A stretch of 64,000 nt of DNA from Thermoplasmata archaeon. GTDB lineage: Archaea > Thermoplasmatota > Thermoplasmata > Thermoplasmatales > Thermoplasmataceae. Below are positions 31,485 to 42,154 of this stretch, in pieces. Where the stretch lies: positions 2,110 through 66,109 of the forward strand of contig JAJZZM010000015.1 in NCBI GenBank assembly GCA_021797555.1, in the 5' to 3' direction. The translations under genes and the position numbers were made by a program. Positions within the stretch are counted from its first letter, which is position 1. Every line of letters begins with the position of its first letter. Under the pieces are notes generated by a model, which saw only the letters and a list, made by a program, of their open reading frames with translations, was not told where the DNA came from and did no database searches.

Positions 31485-32120
31485 TTATAAATCATGATCC
31501 ATCTTAAGGTAATTTCTTAGCCTTTTATTTGCCTCTTCAACGTTAAAATATTCTGGATCGAAATCCTCACTAAGCCAGTTCTTTATCTCATCATATTCCT
31601 TATTTTTTGGGTCTTTAATTACATCAAGCATATTTAAATAGCCATATGCACCTCCGGAATCTTCAGGTGGGCATGCCCTTTTCCCGGCAACGCACCTTGG
31701 ATAATAAACACCTTTAACTGCCGGGATTACCTTTTCAATTTTCACAGCATGTATCCACTCATCACCAAAATCATATCTGTAAACAATTTTTGTGTTTTTC
31801 CCCGTAAGGACAATTTCATTGATGTAAGTGGATTCTGAATCCTCATGAACCGGCAAATCAGGGAATTCCGGAAATTTGGACCATTTGTCAGGATTACTGG
31901 TAAATATCTTATTCCCGATTTTGAACTCGTAAAGATGGTAGTTTTCCCATCCCATTGCGGCCTGTATTATTAAATGGAGATCATGCAGTGTTGAATCACA
32001 TGGCACTTCTATTCTTCTCAAGATCTGTGGCCTTATGCCCTCTAAACTTACCTCAATAGAAAAGGCATTCATATTATTTTTACCCTTTTTACTGGATCTA
32101 TGTATTGATGATTTATCCAT
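31485..32120 (-). CDS. pRiA4b ORF-3 family protein
   Basis: TLHDLH, GWENYHLYEF, YDFGDEW, ACPPEDSGG. Confidence 0.9.
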   Translation of the reverse strand: MDKSSIHRSSKKGKNNMNAFSIEVSLEGIRPQILRRIEVPCDSTLHDLHLIIQAAMGWENYHLYEFKIGNKIFTSNPDKWSKFPEFPDLPVHEDSESTYINEIVLTGKNTKIVYRYDFGDEWIHAVKIEKVIPAVKGVYYPRCVAGKRACPPEDSGGAYGYLNMLDVIKDPKNKEYDEIKNWLSEDFDPEYFNVEEANKRLRNYLKMDHDL

Positions 32121-32590
32121 ATGATTATAGTAATTGTTTGGATAAAAATTTTATGTTGCAACTGAAAAATTAGATAATCTATACAATAACACTTAAATCT
32201 ACAACTACATTTTACACCTAGGAAGTTTACTGTTATATTTGATCACCGGAAAGATAAAATTTTATACCTGTAAATTCATTGTTTATGGAATTTTATTATT
32301 CTGTTATCTAAAAAACACTGTTGAGGTGTTAATATAAGGATCAAGATGCCGTTCCGGAGTTTATTCCTATCACCTGTGTTCCATTCCTGTCACCGGAAAA
32401 GAATTGGTTTCCATGGCCTGTTAATATTCCCCGGCCTTCCATATAATTGTATGGCGTATTCTAAGTTTCCACAAAAACATAAAATTAAGAAAATTGGGAA
32501 TAAAAAAATAAAAATAGAATATGGCAAATCTAATCTATGCATATGTATAATAACGAAATTAATAAATGTTCAATAAAATTATTCAAAAAT

Positions 32591-34678
32591 CTATAATTCC
32601 CTGAGTATATAAGCTGATTCAGATTTTACATTTATTTTCCGTGCATCATTTTTTATCGGGAAGCTATTATGTTCAGGAAGTGAATCTATTAAGATTTCGT
32701 ATTTTTCCCACGTTTTAGGTATTGTAAAGTCAATATCTTTATCACATGGATTAAAAATAAGCATGAGGTTATTATATAATGCCTGGCCGGGTATTATTTT
32801 TTCCATGCCAATTGCAGTTAGTATTACCCCTATGGATTTTTCTAATGACCAATCATTTTCCGACATTTCAGTTCCATCAGGTTTTGCCCATATAACATCC
32901 TTTATGCCTGTATCCGGTATTATGATGCCATTTAAGAAATTCTTCTTTTTTAATACCGAAAACTTTGACCTTATCGAAATCATATATTTAACAAATTTTA
33001 GCATATTATTTTTTTCTTCATCGAGATTCCAGTTATACCATGATGTTTCATTATCCTGGCAGTATGTGTTGTTATTGCCATTCTGTGTTCTCATAATCTC
33101 ATCTCCGCCAAGAATCATGGGTGAACCCTGGGATGTTAAAAGAGTTATGAAAAAACTTCTCATGCGCTTATTTCTGAGGTAATTTATTCCCTTATCGGAT
33201 GTTTCTCCCTCGGTTCCAAAGTTTTCACTTATATTGTTATCTACGCCATCCGTATTGTTATTGAAATTTTTTTCATTGTGCTTATTTTCATATGCTGTAA
33301 GATCATACATTGTAAAACCATCATGTGATGTTATGTAATTTATGCTTGAACGTGGCAGCTTTCCAATAGCCTTATAAATGTCAGGGGACCCGGATAATCT
33401 TGTTACAAAATGGCCAAGGTTGGATCCGTGATCTCTCCAGTAATGCCTTATGTCATCCCTGTATCTTCCATTCCATTCTGACCACATTGGCGGAAACTCA
33501 CCAACCTGATATCCTCCTGGACCAACATCCCATGGTTCTGCTATTAATTTTACAGTTGATATTACCGGATCCTGATATATGATATCAAAGAATGCCGACA
33601 GGCTGTCAACTTCATATAGCTGCCTGGCAAGAGAAGGTGCTTCATCAAATCTAAAGCCATCGATATGCATTTCTGTTATCCAGTATCTCAGGCTATCCAT
33701 AATTAATTTCAATACCTGTGGTCGGCTTACATTAAAACTATTTCCTGTGCCTGTTACATCATAATAATATCTTGGATTGTCTCCACTCAGCTTATAATAT
33801 ATAGAATTGTCTATTCCCTTAAAGGACAGTGTTGGCCCAAGCTCATTTCCCTCAGGAGTATGATTATAAACCACATCCATAAACACTTCTATATTATTTT
33901 CATGGAATTTTTTCACCATGTTCTTAAATTCATTTATCTGGCCACCTAGTGTTTTTCCTGATGAAAATCTAATATCTGGTGCAAAATACCCAATTGTATC
34001 ATATCCCCAGTAATTTGCCAGCTTATTGTCAATTAAATACTGGGCATCTACGTCCTGTTGTGCAGGCATTAATTCAACTGCTGTTATGCCCAGATCCTTC
34101 AGGTAAGATATCATATTGTCTGATGCAATACCCAAATATGTTCCTCTCAGATTTTCATCAATATCATTTCTCTGTTTTGTAAATCCTTTTATATTTGTTT
34201 CATAAATTACCGTATCATTCCACTCTATGTCCGGTTTTTCAACCCCATTCCAGTCAAAATTGTCCTTATAAACAATGGATTTCGGTATATACTCTGCATC
34301 ATCTTCGCCATTAAATGATAAATCCTTATCCTTACTGTTAACATCATATCCATAAACCGATTTATCCCACTTAACAGTGGATGCAATTGCTTTTGCATAT
34401 GGATCAATCAATAGTTTATTCTTATTAAACCTTAATCCCTGCTCCGGTTTATATTCCCCATCCACCCTATAATTATACAGCGTTCCGGGAGCTATGCCCG
34501 GAACAAATGTATGCCATATATATGCATCTATTTCCTTCAAATTTATCGTTTCTGATGGATATTTATCATATGGATTGGCGTATATTTCTAAATTGACCGA
34601 TGTTGCATGTTTGGAATATATACCAAAATTTGTGCCGGAATCATATACTTTTGCACCCTGATAATATTTATTATTCAT
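32591..34678 (-). CDS. glgX: Glycogen debranching enzyme (GH13 isoamylase)
   Basis: NYWGY, DVVYNH, DGFRFD, IAEPWD, SHDGFT; start placed at MNNKYYQG. Confidence 0.95.
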   Translation of the reverse strand: MNNKYYQGAKVYDSGTNFGIYSKHATSVNLEIYANPYDKYPSETINLKEIDAYIWHTFVPGIAPGTLYNYRVDGEYKPEQGLRFNKNKLLIDPYAKAIASTVKWDKSVYGYDVNSKDKDLSFNGEDDAEYIPKSIVYKDNFDWNGVEKPDIEWNDTVIYETNIKGFTKQRNDIDENLRGTYLGIASDNMISYLKDLGITAVELMPAQQDVDAQYLIDNKLANYWGYDTIGYFAPDIRFSSGKTLGGQINEFKNMVKKFHENNIEVFMDVVYNHTPEGNELGPTLSFKGIDNSIYYKLSGDNPRYYYDVTGTGNSFNVSRPQVLKLIMDSLRYWITEMHIDGFRFDEAPSLARQLYEVDSLSAFFDIIYQDPVISTVKLIAEPWDVGPGGYQVGEFPPMWSEWNGRYRDDIRHYWRDHGSNLGHFVTRLSGSPDIYKAIGKLPRSSINYITSHDGFTMYDLTAYENKHNEKNFNNNTDGVDNNISENFGTEGETSDKGINYLRNKRMRSFFITLLTSQGSPMILGGDEIMRTQNGNNNTYCQDNETSWYNWNLDEEKNNMLKFVKYMISIRSKFSVLKKKNFLNGIIIPDTGIKDVIWAKPDGTEMSENDWSLEKSIGVILTAIGMEKIIPGQALYNNLMLIFNPCDKDIDFTIPKTWEKYEILIDSLPEHNSFPIKNDARKINVKSESAYILREL

Positions 34679-34706
34679 AAAAATATAATGCGAATATCTA
34701 TAAAAG

Positions 34707-34845
34707 CATATTTTCCAGTAAACATTTTCTGTATATGCTGGATAAAAGTATATTAATGGAATACAGCCAAGAATAAAGTTAAACAGCAAGAAAATAAAAT
34801 ATATAATAAAGGAAAGAACAAAAGAAACTATCTATAGAAATTTCT
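34707..34845 (+). mobile_element. IS481-like left-end remnant
   Basis: KLNSKKIKYIIKERTK fragment preceded by sequence similar to 2655-2704 (reverse). Confidence 0.55.
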
Positions 34846-35000
34846 TCACTGTATAGGCGGTGTTATATATTCATTTTGTGCCATAGTTTCTGCTGTTTCC
34901 AGCCAGCTTTCCGCAGTGCTTATTGCCTCTTCCGCTATTTTTCTATCACTGCTATTCTCTTAAAGTATGCAGAATCCAGTACTGCTACCCGTATAATAAG

Positions 35001-35867
35001 TTATTCTAATTTTAATCCGGTTCCCATACCCTTGTTTGCAAAGTATCCATATTCATCGGCACTGACAGCTATAACGCCCGCAATCACATTTTTAAAAAAT
35101 GAAATCTCCTCTTTCATAACATCATGCAGTGGTTTGGTGCCAATTTTTTCATGTATTCTAAAACATAAAAGCCTCTTGCTGATTTCCTCACCTATTCCGG
35201 TTGCAACAACTGCTCCTTTGTCACCGACATATATTCCAGAACCAAATACAGGTGAATCGCCAATCCTTCCCCTGAGCATTGGAGAAGCTCCACCGGTGGA
35301 CACTGCCGCTGCAAATTTTCCATCAATGCGTGCTACGGCGCCAACGGTATCGCAGGAATCTTTCATGAAATCATTAAAATCAGTTTTTTCCATAAGTTTG
35401 GAATATTTTGCATAACTATCACTGCCAGGCGTTTTCAAATTCTCAAGGGCCACCTTAAGCCTGTTTCTGGCCCTATCGGTGGATGGGTCATATTCTTCAT
35501 ATCCCAGCAACCTTGCAAATTTAACTGCACCATCGCCTGCAAGCATTGTATGTGGTGTCATTTCCATTACATCCCTTGCAACCATCACAGGGTTCCTTAC
35601 CGATTCTATAGCAAGGACAGACCCAAATTTTCCAGGAATGGCAACGGATGCATCCATCTGAATGCTGCCGTCAATTCTCATAACTGAACCTGTACCGGCA
35701 TTGAATTCCGGGTCATCTTCCATCATTCTGACTGCTTCAATGGCTGAATCAAGTGGATTCCCATTTAATTTAACAGAACTGGCAAAATAATTAAGCTTAA
35801 TGTTTGCAGCATCAACAAGATTATCGTCAATGCCAACTCCACCGTGGATAAGAAGTACATTTGTCAT
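35001..35867 (-). CDS. Isoaspartyl peptidase/L-asparaginase (Ntn hydrolase)
   Basis: IHGG, FNAGTGS, DTVGAV, STGG, GRIGDSP. Confidence 0.95.
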   Translation of the reverse strand: MTNVLLIHGGVGIDDNLVDAANIKLNYFASSVKLNGNPLDSAIEAVRMMEDDPEFNAGTGSVMRIDGSIQMDASVAIPGKFGSVLAIESVRNPVMVARDVMEMTPHTMLAGDGAVKFARLLGYEEYDPSTDRARNRLKVALENLKTPGSDSYAKYSKLMEKTDFNDFMKDSCDTVGAVARIDGKFAAAVSTGGASPMLRGRIGDSPVFGSGIYVGDKGAVVATGIGEEISKRLLCFRIHEKIGTKPLHDVMKEEISFFKNVIAGVIAVSADEYGYFANKGMGTGLKLE

Positions 35868-36100
35868 GCTACTTGCATTTTATCCTGATTAATAAATTTA
35901 TAGATGCAAAACAGATTCTAGAAAAAACAAGGTATATTATTTATATTTACCATCACTCTAGGAAATTGCAGAATTAGTATATAATAGATTCCGTGGATTA
36001 TTGACTAATTCGTGCTTTTATATTTACTATGATAGTATCAGAAAAATTGTAGCGTTATTTAATAACAAAAAGTATTAATATAACATATAAATAGAGCCGA

Positions 36101-37516
36101 ATGGAAAATAAGGAACTTATACATAATGTTTTAGGCTTCTGGGGTGTTGTATTTTTATCATTTACTGCAATTTTCCCTGCAAGCATTTATTTAATTTCGT
36201 CTACCACATCCTTAACATTTGCCGGGGAGGCTGCTCCACTGACATTTGTGGTAGGGACTGTATTGATGCTATTTGACGTTGCAGCTGTTTATATATTTTC
36301 AACAAAAGTTTCCAATGCAGGGGGTTTTTATAAATATGTACAGGCAGGCACTAACAGCGGCCTGCTTTCAAGGACTGTTGCATGGGATCAATTCATTGGG
36401 CAGATGAGCCCTGTAATTATATCATCTGCAGTGCTTGGATGGCTAGTTTCAGTCAGTGCAAAGACACTGTATAATATAATTCTACCATCCTATCTGCCAT
36501 TTATTATTACAGTACTTGTTATTATATTCATTTTTATTGTAAGTTATTTTGGCATTAAACTTTCTTCAAGAATAGCAATTATTGTTGGAATCATGGAGGT
36601 AGTATTCCTGCTTTCAGCCGGCATATTTGTGGTAATGCACACGCATTTTAATAGCATCCAGACATTTAACATAGAAAAATCTTCTGATGGCCTTAGCGGT
36701 TTCTTTATAGGTATGGTTACCGGTCCACTCACAGCATATATAGGCTATTCTGCAGTAATACATTTCAGTGAAGAGGCAAAATTTTCAAAATCTACCATGA
36801 AACATGCTATCCTCCTAGCAGTTCTTATAGCCGGAGTTTTTGAAACTTTTATGATGTACGCTATCACAGTAGGCGTGCCACAGTCACAACTATCATCCCT
36901 TGCTGGCACCTATGCACCTGCACTCATTGTTACTGCAAAATATGCGGGCACAGTGGTTGCTGTAATTGTACTTGCTGTAGCATTCTTGGGGCAGCTAATA
37001 TCACCACTTATATTCGGAAACTCTGCACAGAGAATTCTATACTCGCTTAGCAGGGATAATGTGCTCCCAGCATATTTCTCAAATATACACCCAAAATACG
37101 GAAGCCCGAGCAGGGCAGCATCATTCGTTCTGGTATTTGCATTAATTGCATCGCTTTCCACGGAAATTCCACTTACATATTATTATGGCGTCCTTACAGG
37201 CTTTTTCTATAGTGTGGTAATATGGGCAACTATACTTACTACAACGAACCTGATCTATCATTTTGCAGTGAATGAAACCCTACCAATTTTTATGAGGCGC
37301 ATTAAGGAATTCAGTACAATTAAACATGTGGTCGTCCCTACAATAGGAAGCATATTTATAATTATAATATTTTACTATACATATGTTGGCCTGGCATACC
37401 CATTCATATTTGCCGGCATTTTTGTTATAATATGGATCATTTTCAGTTTTGTAGCATCATACCTGAAAAAAGGCGTTCCACTGGAAAATGCCGATATAAG
37501 TATAGAGAAAAAATAA
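36101..37516 (+). CDS. APC-family amino acid permease
   Basis: NAGGFY, FSEEAK, RILYSLSRD, IHPKYGSP. Confidence 0.9.
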   Translation: MENKELIHNVLGFWGVVFLSFTAIFPASIYLISSTTSLTFAGEAAPLTFVVGTVLMLFDVAAVYIFSTKVSNAGGFYKYVQAGTNSGLLSRTVAWDQFIGQMSPVIISSAVLGWLVSVSAKTLYNIILPSYLPFIITVLVIIFIFIVSYFGIKLSSRIAIIVGIMEVVFLLSAGIFVVMHTHFNSIQTFNIEKSSDGLSGFFIGMVTGPLTAYIGYSAVIHFSEEAKFSKSTMKHAILLAVLIAGVFETFMMYAITVGVPQSQLSSLAGTYAPALIVTAKYAGTVVAVIVLAVAFLGQLISPLIFGNSAQRILYSLSRDNVLPAYFSNIHPKYGSPSRAASFVLVFALIASLSTEIPLTYYYGVLTGFFYSVVIWATILTTTNLIYHFAVNETLPIFMRRIKEFSTIKHVVVPTIGSIFIIIIFYYTYVGLAYPFIFAGIFVIIWIIFSFVASYLKKGVPLENADISIEKK

Positions 37517-37582
37517 AATATATATAAATATTTGATAAACAATTAAACTGATTTAAGGTGATAGAATTTGGAATATCAAATA

Positions 37583-38680
37583 TTACCTTACATTTTCAAT
37601 TATTAATTTGCATCCTTTTTTTAATGCCGCCACATCTATAGTTAAAGGCGGTGAAATGCGCAGTACACCCGACATGGATGTGATCATCAATCCATGTTCC
37701 CTTAACTTTTCAGCAAGATTTTCAGCAGTATCGCCTTTTTCAGGAATAATGCCACGTATTAGGCCCCTGCCGGTAAGCCTGCTGCCATAAACAGGGTATA
37801 GCATATTATAAAGAATTTTTCCCTTGTCCCTTACCATTGATAAGAAATTTAAGCTGGAAACCTTATCAATAATTAAATTAGCAATGTCCAGTGACATCAA
37901 ATTCCCTGATGTTGACCCATAAGCATTATTCCTGAACATTTTATATACCTTTGAATTTGCAGATATGCCCCTAGATACAAGGGTTATCCCAAGAGGTAAA
38001 CCACCACCTATTGCCTTGCCTATTATAAGCAGGTCAGGTGTTATGTCATATTTTTCATATGCAAAAAAATCTCCAGTTTTGCCTATTCCTGTATACGCTT
38101 CATCAAAGCATATTAAGAGTTCTGGAAATTTCTCCCTAAGTTCCCTGACAAAATTAAGCGGGATTTCCTTTAAACCCCCCTCAACCTGAAGTGGCTCTAT
38201 TATAATTCCTGAAATTCCATATTTTAATAATTCGGCCACAGGTTTAATATCACCATTATATGGAAAATCAATGCAGAAATCCCTGCCAAACTGTCTAACA
38301 TTATCTGAATTCATGAATATGGACTGCCCTGAATTCCCCTGATATGATCCTGAAATAGTTATAAAAGGGCCATGTTCCCTCATTATGGACATGGCAACAT
38401 CTGCAGCTTCAGACCCTGATGATGTAAATACATATCCTGCATGGGCCATGCCGACTATTTTAATAAGTTTTTCTGCAATCATATCAGCTATTTCAGGCCT
38501 TGATATTGTTAATGGATAATGTATAATTCCCGAGTTAATATAGGAAGATATTGCTTCTATTATTTCCGTACTTCTGTGACCCAGTATATTTATTGATTCC
38601 GAGAAGTTTATGTATTCCCTGCCGTCTTTATCATACAGCATGGAATTATTTCCATCAATGATTTTTATATCCATAAACAT
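37583..38680 (-). CDS. Class III PLP aminotransferase
   Basis: SSGSEA, EPLQVEGG, DEAYTGIGKTG, GKAIGGG. Confidence 0.9.
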   Translation of the reverse strand: MFMDIKIIDGNNSMLYDKDGREYINFSESINILGHRSTEIIEAISSYINSGIIHYPLTISRPEIADMIAEKLIKIVGMAHAGYVFTSSGSEAADVAMSIMREHGPFITISGSYQGNSGQSIFMNSDNVRQFGRDFCIDFPYNGDIKPVAELLKYGISGIIIEPLQVEGGLKEIPLNFVRELREKFPELLICFDEAYTGIGKTGDFFAYEKYDITPDLLIIGKAIGGGLPLGITLVSRGISANSKVYKMFRNNAYGSTSGNLMSLDIANLIIDKVSSLNFLSMVRDKGKILYNMLYPVYGSRLTGRGLIRGIIPEKGDTAENLAEKLREHGLMITSMSGVLRISPPLTIDVAALKKGCKLIIENVR

Positions 38681-38776
38681 ATAGTCTTTATCTTTATATA
38701 TTATTTGCCAGAAATATGCACACCTTGGCTTTCAATGCTTAAATAAACTTTATTTACATTAAAAATATATTAAAAA

Positions 38777-39961
38777 ATGGAACTTCAGGGCAGGATATTT
38801 GATGGAGAAAATATTATGGAAAATGGAAAAATATCAGTTTCGGTGGATACAGGAAAAATAGAATATGCTGAACAGGCCGCAGATGTTCCTAAAAGATATA
38901 GGGATGATAATATAACATTCCTTCCTGGGCTTATTGATACGCATATACATTTATTTGGAACACCGGAGCGGTCTCTGGAGGGCTGGGTACTGACATCAGA
39001 CGTTATTCTCACAGTCAATTCTCTAAAAGACCTTAAAAATTTAATAAATAGTGGTTTTACAACGGTCAGGACCATGGGAGATAAGGTATCACTGGAGCTC
39101 AGCAGAGCAGAAAAGCTTGGAATCATAGAATCGCCAAGAATAATCTCATCAGGCTATTCCATAGCGGAAACTGGAGGGGACGATGACCCAAAAATGTTTC
39201 CACTGGACTTTGCTGAAAAAATATCATATTCATATTACGCAGATGGACCATGGGAATGCATAAAAGCTGTAAGAAAAAATATAAGGGCAGGTGCAGAGTC
39301 AATAAAGGCATATGCATCAAGCAGTTTTGTTGGTGGTGGGTCGGTAAGGAATGAACTATCCGTTGAGGAATTGAGATCAATTTCCGGTGAGGCTAAAAAG
39401 TACGGTGTGCCATCGGCTGCACATGCATACGGCGCATCTGCGATTGAAAATGTTATTGAATCTGGATTTGCAAGTGTTGAACATGGCCTTGGATTAAATG
39501 AGGACCTTGCTGAAAGAATGGCTTCCGGAGGAATATTTTATACCCCAACCATGTCAGTATATAAAGCACAGAGGAAAAACTCAAGTGCATACAGAGATAG
39601 TTATATAAAAAGGCATCTTGAAAAGGAGGTTACAATAGCCGATAGTGTGGGTGTAAAAATAGTGGCCGGGACTGATTTTGTCGGAAGCACAGAAGAAAGG
39701 CATGGCAACAATTACCTGGAGGCCGTGTATCTGTCACAGGTTATAGGCAATTTAAAGGCGCTTAAAGCTTCAACATCCCTGGCTGCTGAATGCCTTGGCC
39801 TAACTGATAGGGGATATATAAAAAACGATTATGCTGCAGACATAATAGGCGTATATGGAAATCCCATGGAGGATATAAACTGCCTGAGGCCAGAAAAAGT
39901 AGCCCTCGTAATCAAGAATGGAAAAATATTAAAAAACAATACTGGCCGGTATTTCAATTAA
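38777..39961 (+). CDS. Metal-dependent amidohydrolase (Xaa-Pro dipeptidase-like)
   Basis: PGLIDTHIH, AAHA, VEHG, AGTD. Confidence 0.9.
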   Translation: MELQGRIFDGENIMENGKISVSVDTGKIEYAEQAADVPKRYRDDNITFLPGLIDTHIHLFGTPERSLEGWVLTSDVILTVNSLKDLKNLINSGFTTVRTMGDKVSLELSRAEKLGIIESPRIISSGYSIAETGGDDDPKMFPLDFAEKISYSYYADGPWECIKAVRKNIRAGAESIKAYASSSFVGGGSVRNELSVEELRSISGEAKKYGVPSAAHAYGASAIENVIESGFASVEHGLGLNEDLAERMASGGIFYTPTMSVYKAQRKNSSAYRDSYIKRHLEKEVTIADSVGVKIVAGTDFVGSTEERHGNNYLEAVYLSQVIGNLKALKASTSLAAECLGLTDRGYIKNDYAADIIGVYGNPMEDINCLRPEKVALVIKNGKILKNNTGRYFN

Positions 39962-40098
39962 GCATGAAAATATAAACATTAAACTATATAATTGCCATGC
40001 AGTGAAATGTATTATTTTTTTATTTCAATGCTCCAGAGAATAATTCAGAGTTTATTATTTATAAAATATATAATTTATGCCTTCATAATGAAAATATA

Positions 40099-40290
40099 GT
40101 GAGATATTCGATACTAAAACATTGGGGCTTCCTGTTTCATGGACTATATATGCCTTAACATGGGGTTTATATTAAGTCCTTCCAAGGTACTGGTTCTGAG
40201 TCGCATCATAAATTCAGTAGCCTTCTTTCCGGTAGAATGATTTTTAATACTCCCATATGCTGAGCCTGAAATTGAATTGTTTTTTCTTCC
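40099..40290 (-). mobile_element. Isolated IS605-family right end (omegaRNA-like remnant)
   Basis: Minus strand TTGGAAGGACTTAA..CATGAAACAGGAAGCCCC..ATCTCAC resembles 10260-10343. Confidence 0.65.
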
Positions 40291-40326
40291 TGTAATATTA
40301 TATATATTTAAAAATTGTAAATTATT

Positions 40327-41007
40327 TCATGCTGTATTGTTTTCCTTTTCCGCATGTGATGCGGCAATGTAAATAAAAATAGGGGCAAGAAGAGCTGCAA
40401 ATGGTATTATATAAAGTATTGCCCCTACTTTTCCTATGCCCTGGTTATATTTTTCAGAAAAGTCAAATAAACCTATAATTAAATATATAATTCCGATAAG
40501 AGCCAGTATGCTGAATATTAAAACTATAATCAGTATTGCAAGCATGGCAATTAAAGCGCCAGAACCACTAAATGGTATGGCCCCTATCCTGGCTGCACCA
40601 AAATTAATTAACAGTAGCAATGCAAATACAGCAATCATAATAAAGAAAAATATAACAATATATTTTGAAAATGAATATGGGCCAGAAAATCTTTTATCCT
40701 CAACCATATAATATCCAAAACCTTTTCTATAATTTAATATGCTTATAATATAAAATATAAAAGATAAAAATCCAAATATTATGAATATAGCATATATAAT
40801 AGATGAATCTGATGTAATTCCAGGACTACTGGATAGGCCTGCATATAATTTAATCATTCCAGTAATGTCTGAAATAAATAAAAAATCGATAAAATATATA
40901 GGTATGCTGATAATTATGCCTATTATTCCGAATAGGGACCCTTTCTTTATGCTGGAAATACCTGATTTTGTTTTTTCGGTTGCATTTGTATCTGTATTAA
41001 TAGCCAT
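40327..41007 (-). CDS. Membrane protein (DUF973/DUF996-like)
   Basis: Multiple TM segments; GAILYIIP C-terminus. Confidence 0.7.
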   Translation of the reverse strand: MAINTDTNATEKTKSGISSIKKGSLFGIIGIIISIPIYFIDFLFISDITGMIKLYAGLSSSPGITSDSSIIYAIFIIFGFLSFIFYIISILNYRKGFGYYMVEDKRFSGPYSFSKYIVIFFFIMIAVFALLLLINFGAARIGAIPFSGSGALIAMLAILIIVLIFSILALIGIIYLIIGLFDFSEKYNQGIGKVGAILYIIPFAALLAPIFIYIAASHAEKENNTA

Positions 41008-41121
41008 GGAGATTTATAAAACTATTGTATTTAAATATGTGTATTTTGTCCCGAAAATTATGTGTTGTGTAATGAATTCAGTTACTGTATGCTTTTTTAA
41101 TATATGCATTTAGTTTCTAAC

Positions 41122-41502
41122 TGTATTGCATTATAAATATTTCATGTATATACCAGGTAAAAATACAATCAAAGAATATCAACCCGGGATGAAGTTAAAT
41201 GATAAGAAAATAAAATATATAATCAGGAACAGGAGCGTATTACCAACACAGCTCTATAAAAAAATAAAAATATCTGTAAGGTATGTAAATTACATTTACA
41301 AAAAATATAAAGAGAACGGTGATTACATTATAGGCAGTAAAAGGAACAAACAGCAATGAAATAGCCTTTGTTAAGGATATTAAGGATAAATACACATTAT
41401 CAGATAGTGATAATATAGTTACATCTACAATGGCATATAAATCTAAAATGGAAATATATAAATTTATTAAGTATATAAAGAAAATAATAACAGGATAACA
41501 CA
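41122..41502 (+). mobile_element. Internally deleted IS481-like element
   Basis: TGT...ACA ends; MKLNDKKIKYIIRN..KISVRYVNYIYKKYKENG HTH fragment from 41189. Confidence 0.65.
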
Positions 41503-41539
41503 ATAAAAAACATTTAATACATGGTAATTATATTATAAT

Positions 41540-41770
41540 ATGGAAGGCACATTGGAAGAACAGTGCATATTCAATAGAAACGGTAAATGCTATTTTGTAG
41601 AATCAAATGTATCAAAATGCTCACTGTGCTTTAATTTCAAAACATTCCATATGTACGGCACAAAGAAAAAATCATACTATAACCTGTTTGATTATCTAAA
41701 GGAAAATAAATTAGATAGGGATCTATTCCCGGATGGCAATGATGAGCAGGATTCATTAAAAGATTTATAA
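41540..41770 (+). CDS. Small Cys-rich hypothetical protein
   Basis: 76 aa, four Cys including CSLC; TATA box upstream. Confidence 0.6.
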   Translation: MEGTLEEQCIFNRNGKCYFVESNVSKCSLCFNFKTFHMYGTKKKSYYNLFDYLKENKLDRDLFPDGNDEQDSLKDL

Positions 41771-41805
41771 TAAATATTATATCATTATATTGCATTTGAA
41801 TTATA

Positions 41806-42144
41806 ATGTCCAGCAATACAGATCATTTCGCAAATAGAAGAACGTTTCTAGCGTGGATACGAACAGGAATAGCTCTGATGGGATTTGGCTTTGTCATAGC
41901 AAAATTCGAGATATTTTTGCATATACTTGTAAAGGAAAGCACATCATCATTGAATGATTCCCTTGTTGCAGGAGAAGTTATGATTGTCCTTGGAATGGTC
42001 ACAATAGCATATGGTTTATTTGAATTTCTGGCAAATGAAAGGGATTTAGATAATAATAAATACAATTCAAGAAAAACTGAAATTATAATATTCTGTTCAT
42101 TAATAATAGGCATGGCAATACTTTTATTATTGTTTATTCTATAA
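41806..42144 (+). CDS. YidH/DUF202 membrane protein
   Basis: DHFANRRTFLAWIRT. Confidence 0.9.
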   Translation: MSSNTDHFANRRTFLAWIRTGIALMGFGFVIAKFEIFLHILVKESTSSLNDSLVAGEVMIVLGMVTIAYGLFEFLANERDLDNNKYNSRKTEIIIFCSLIIGMAILLLLFIL

Positions 42145-42154
42145 AATATAAAAA

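Noticed and set aside
32200..32576. Slightly GC-richer intergenic stretch and a 76-aa ORF
   Set aside because: No recognisable RNA structure or protein motif
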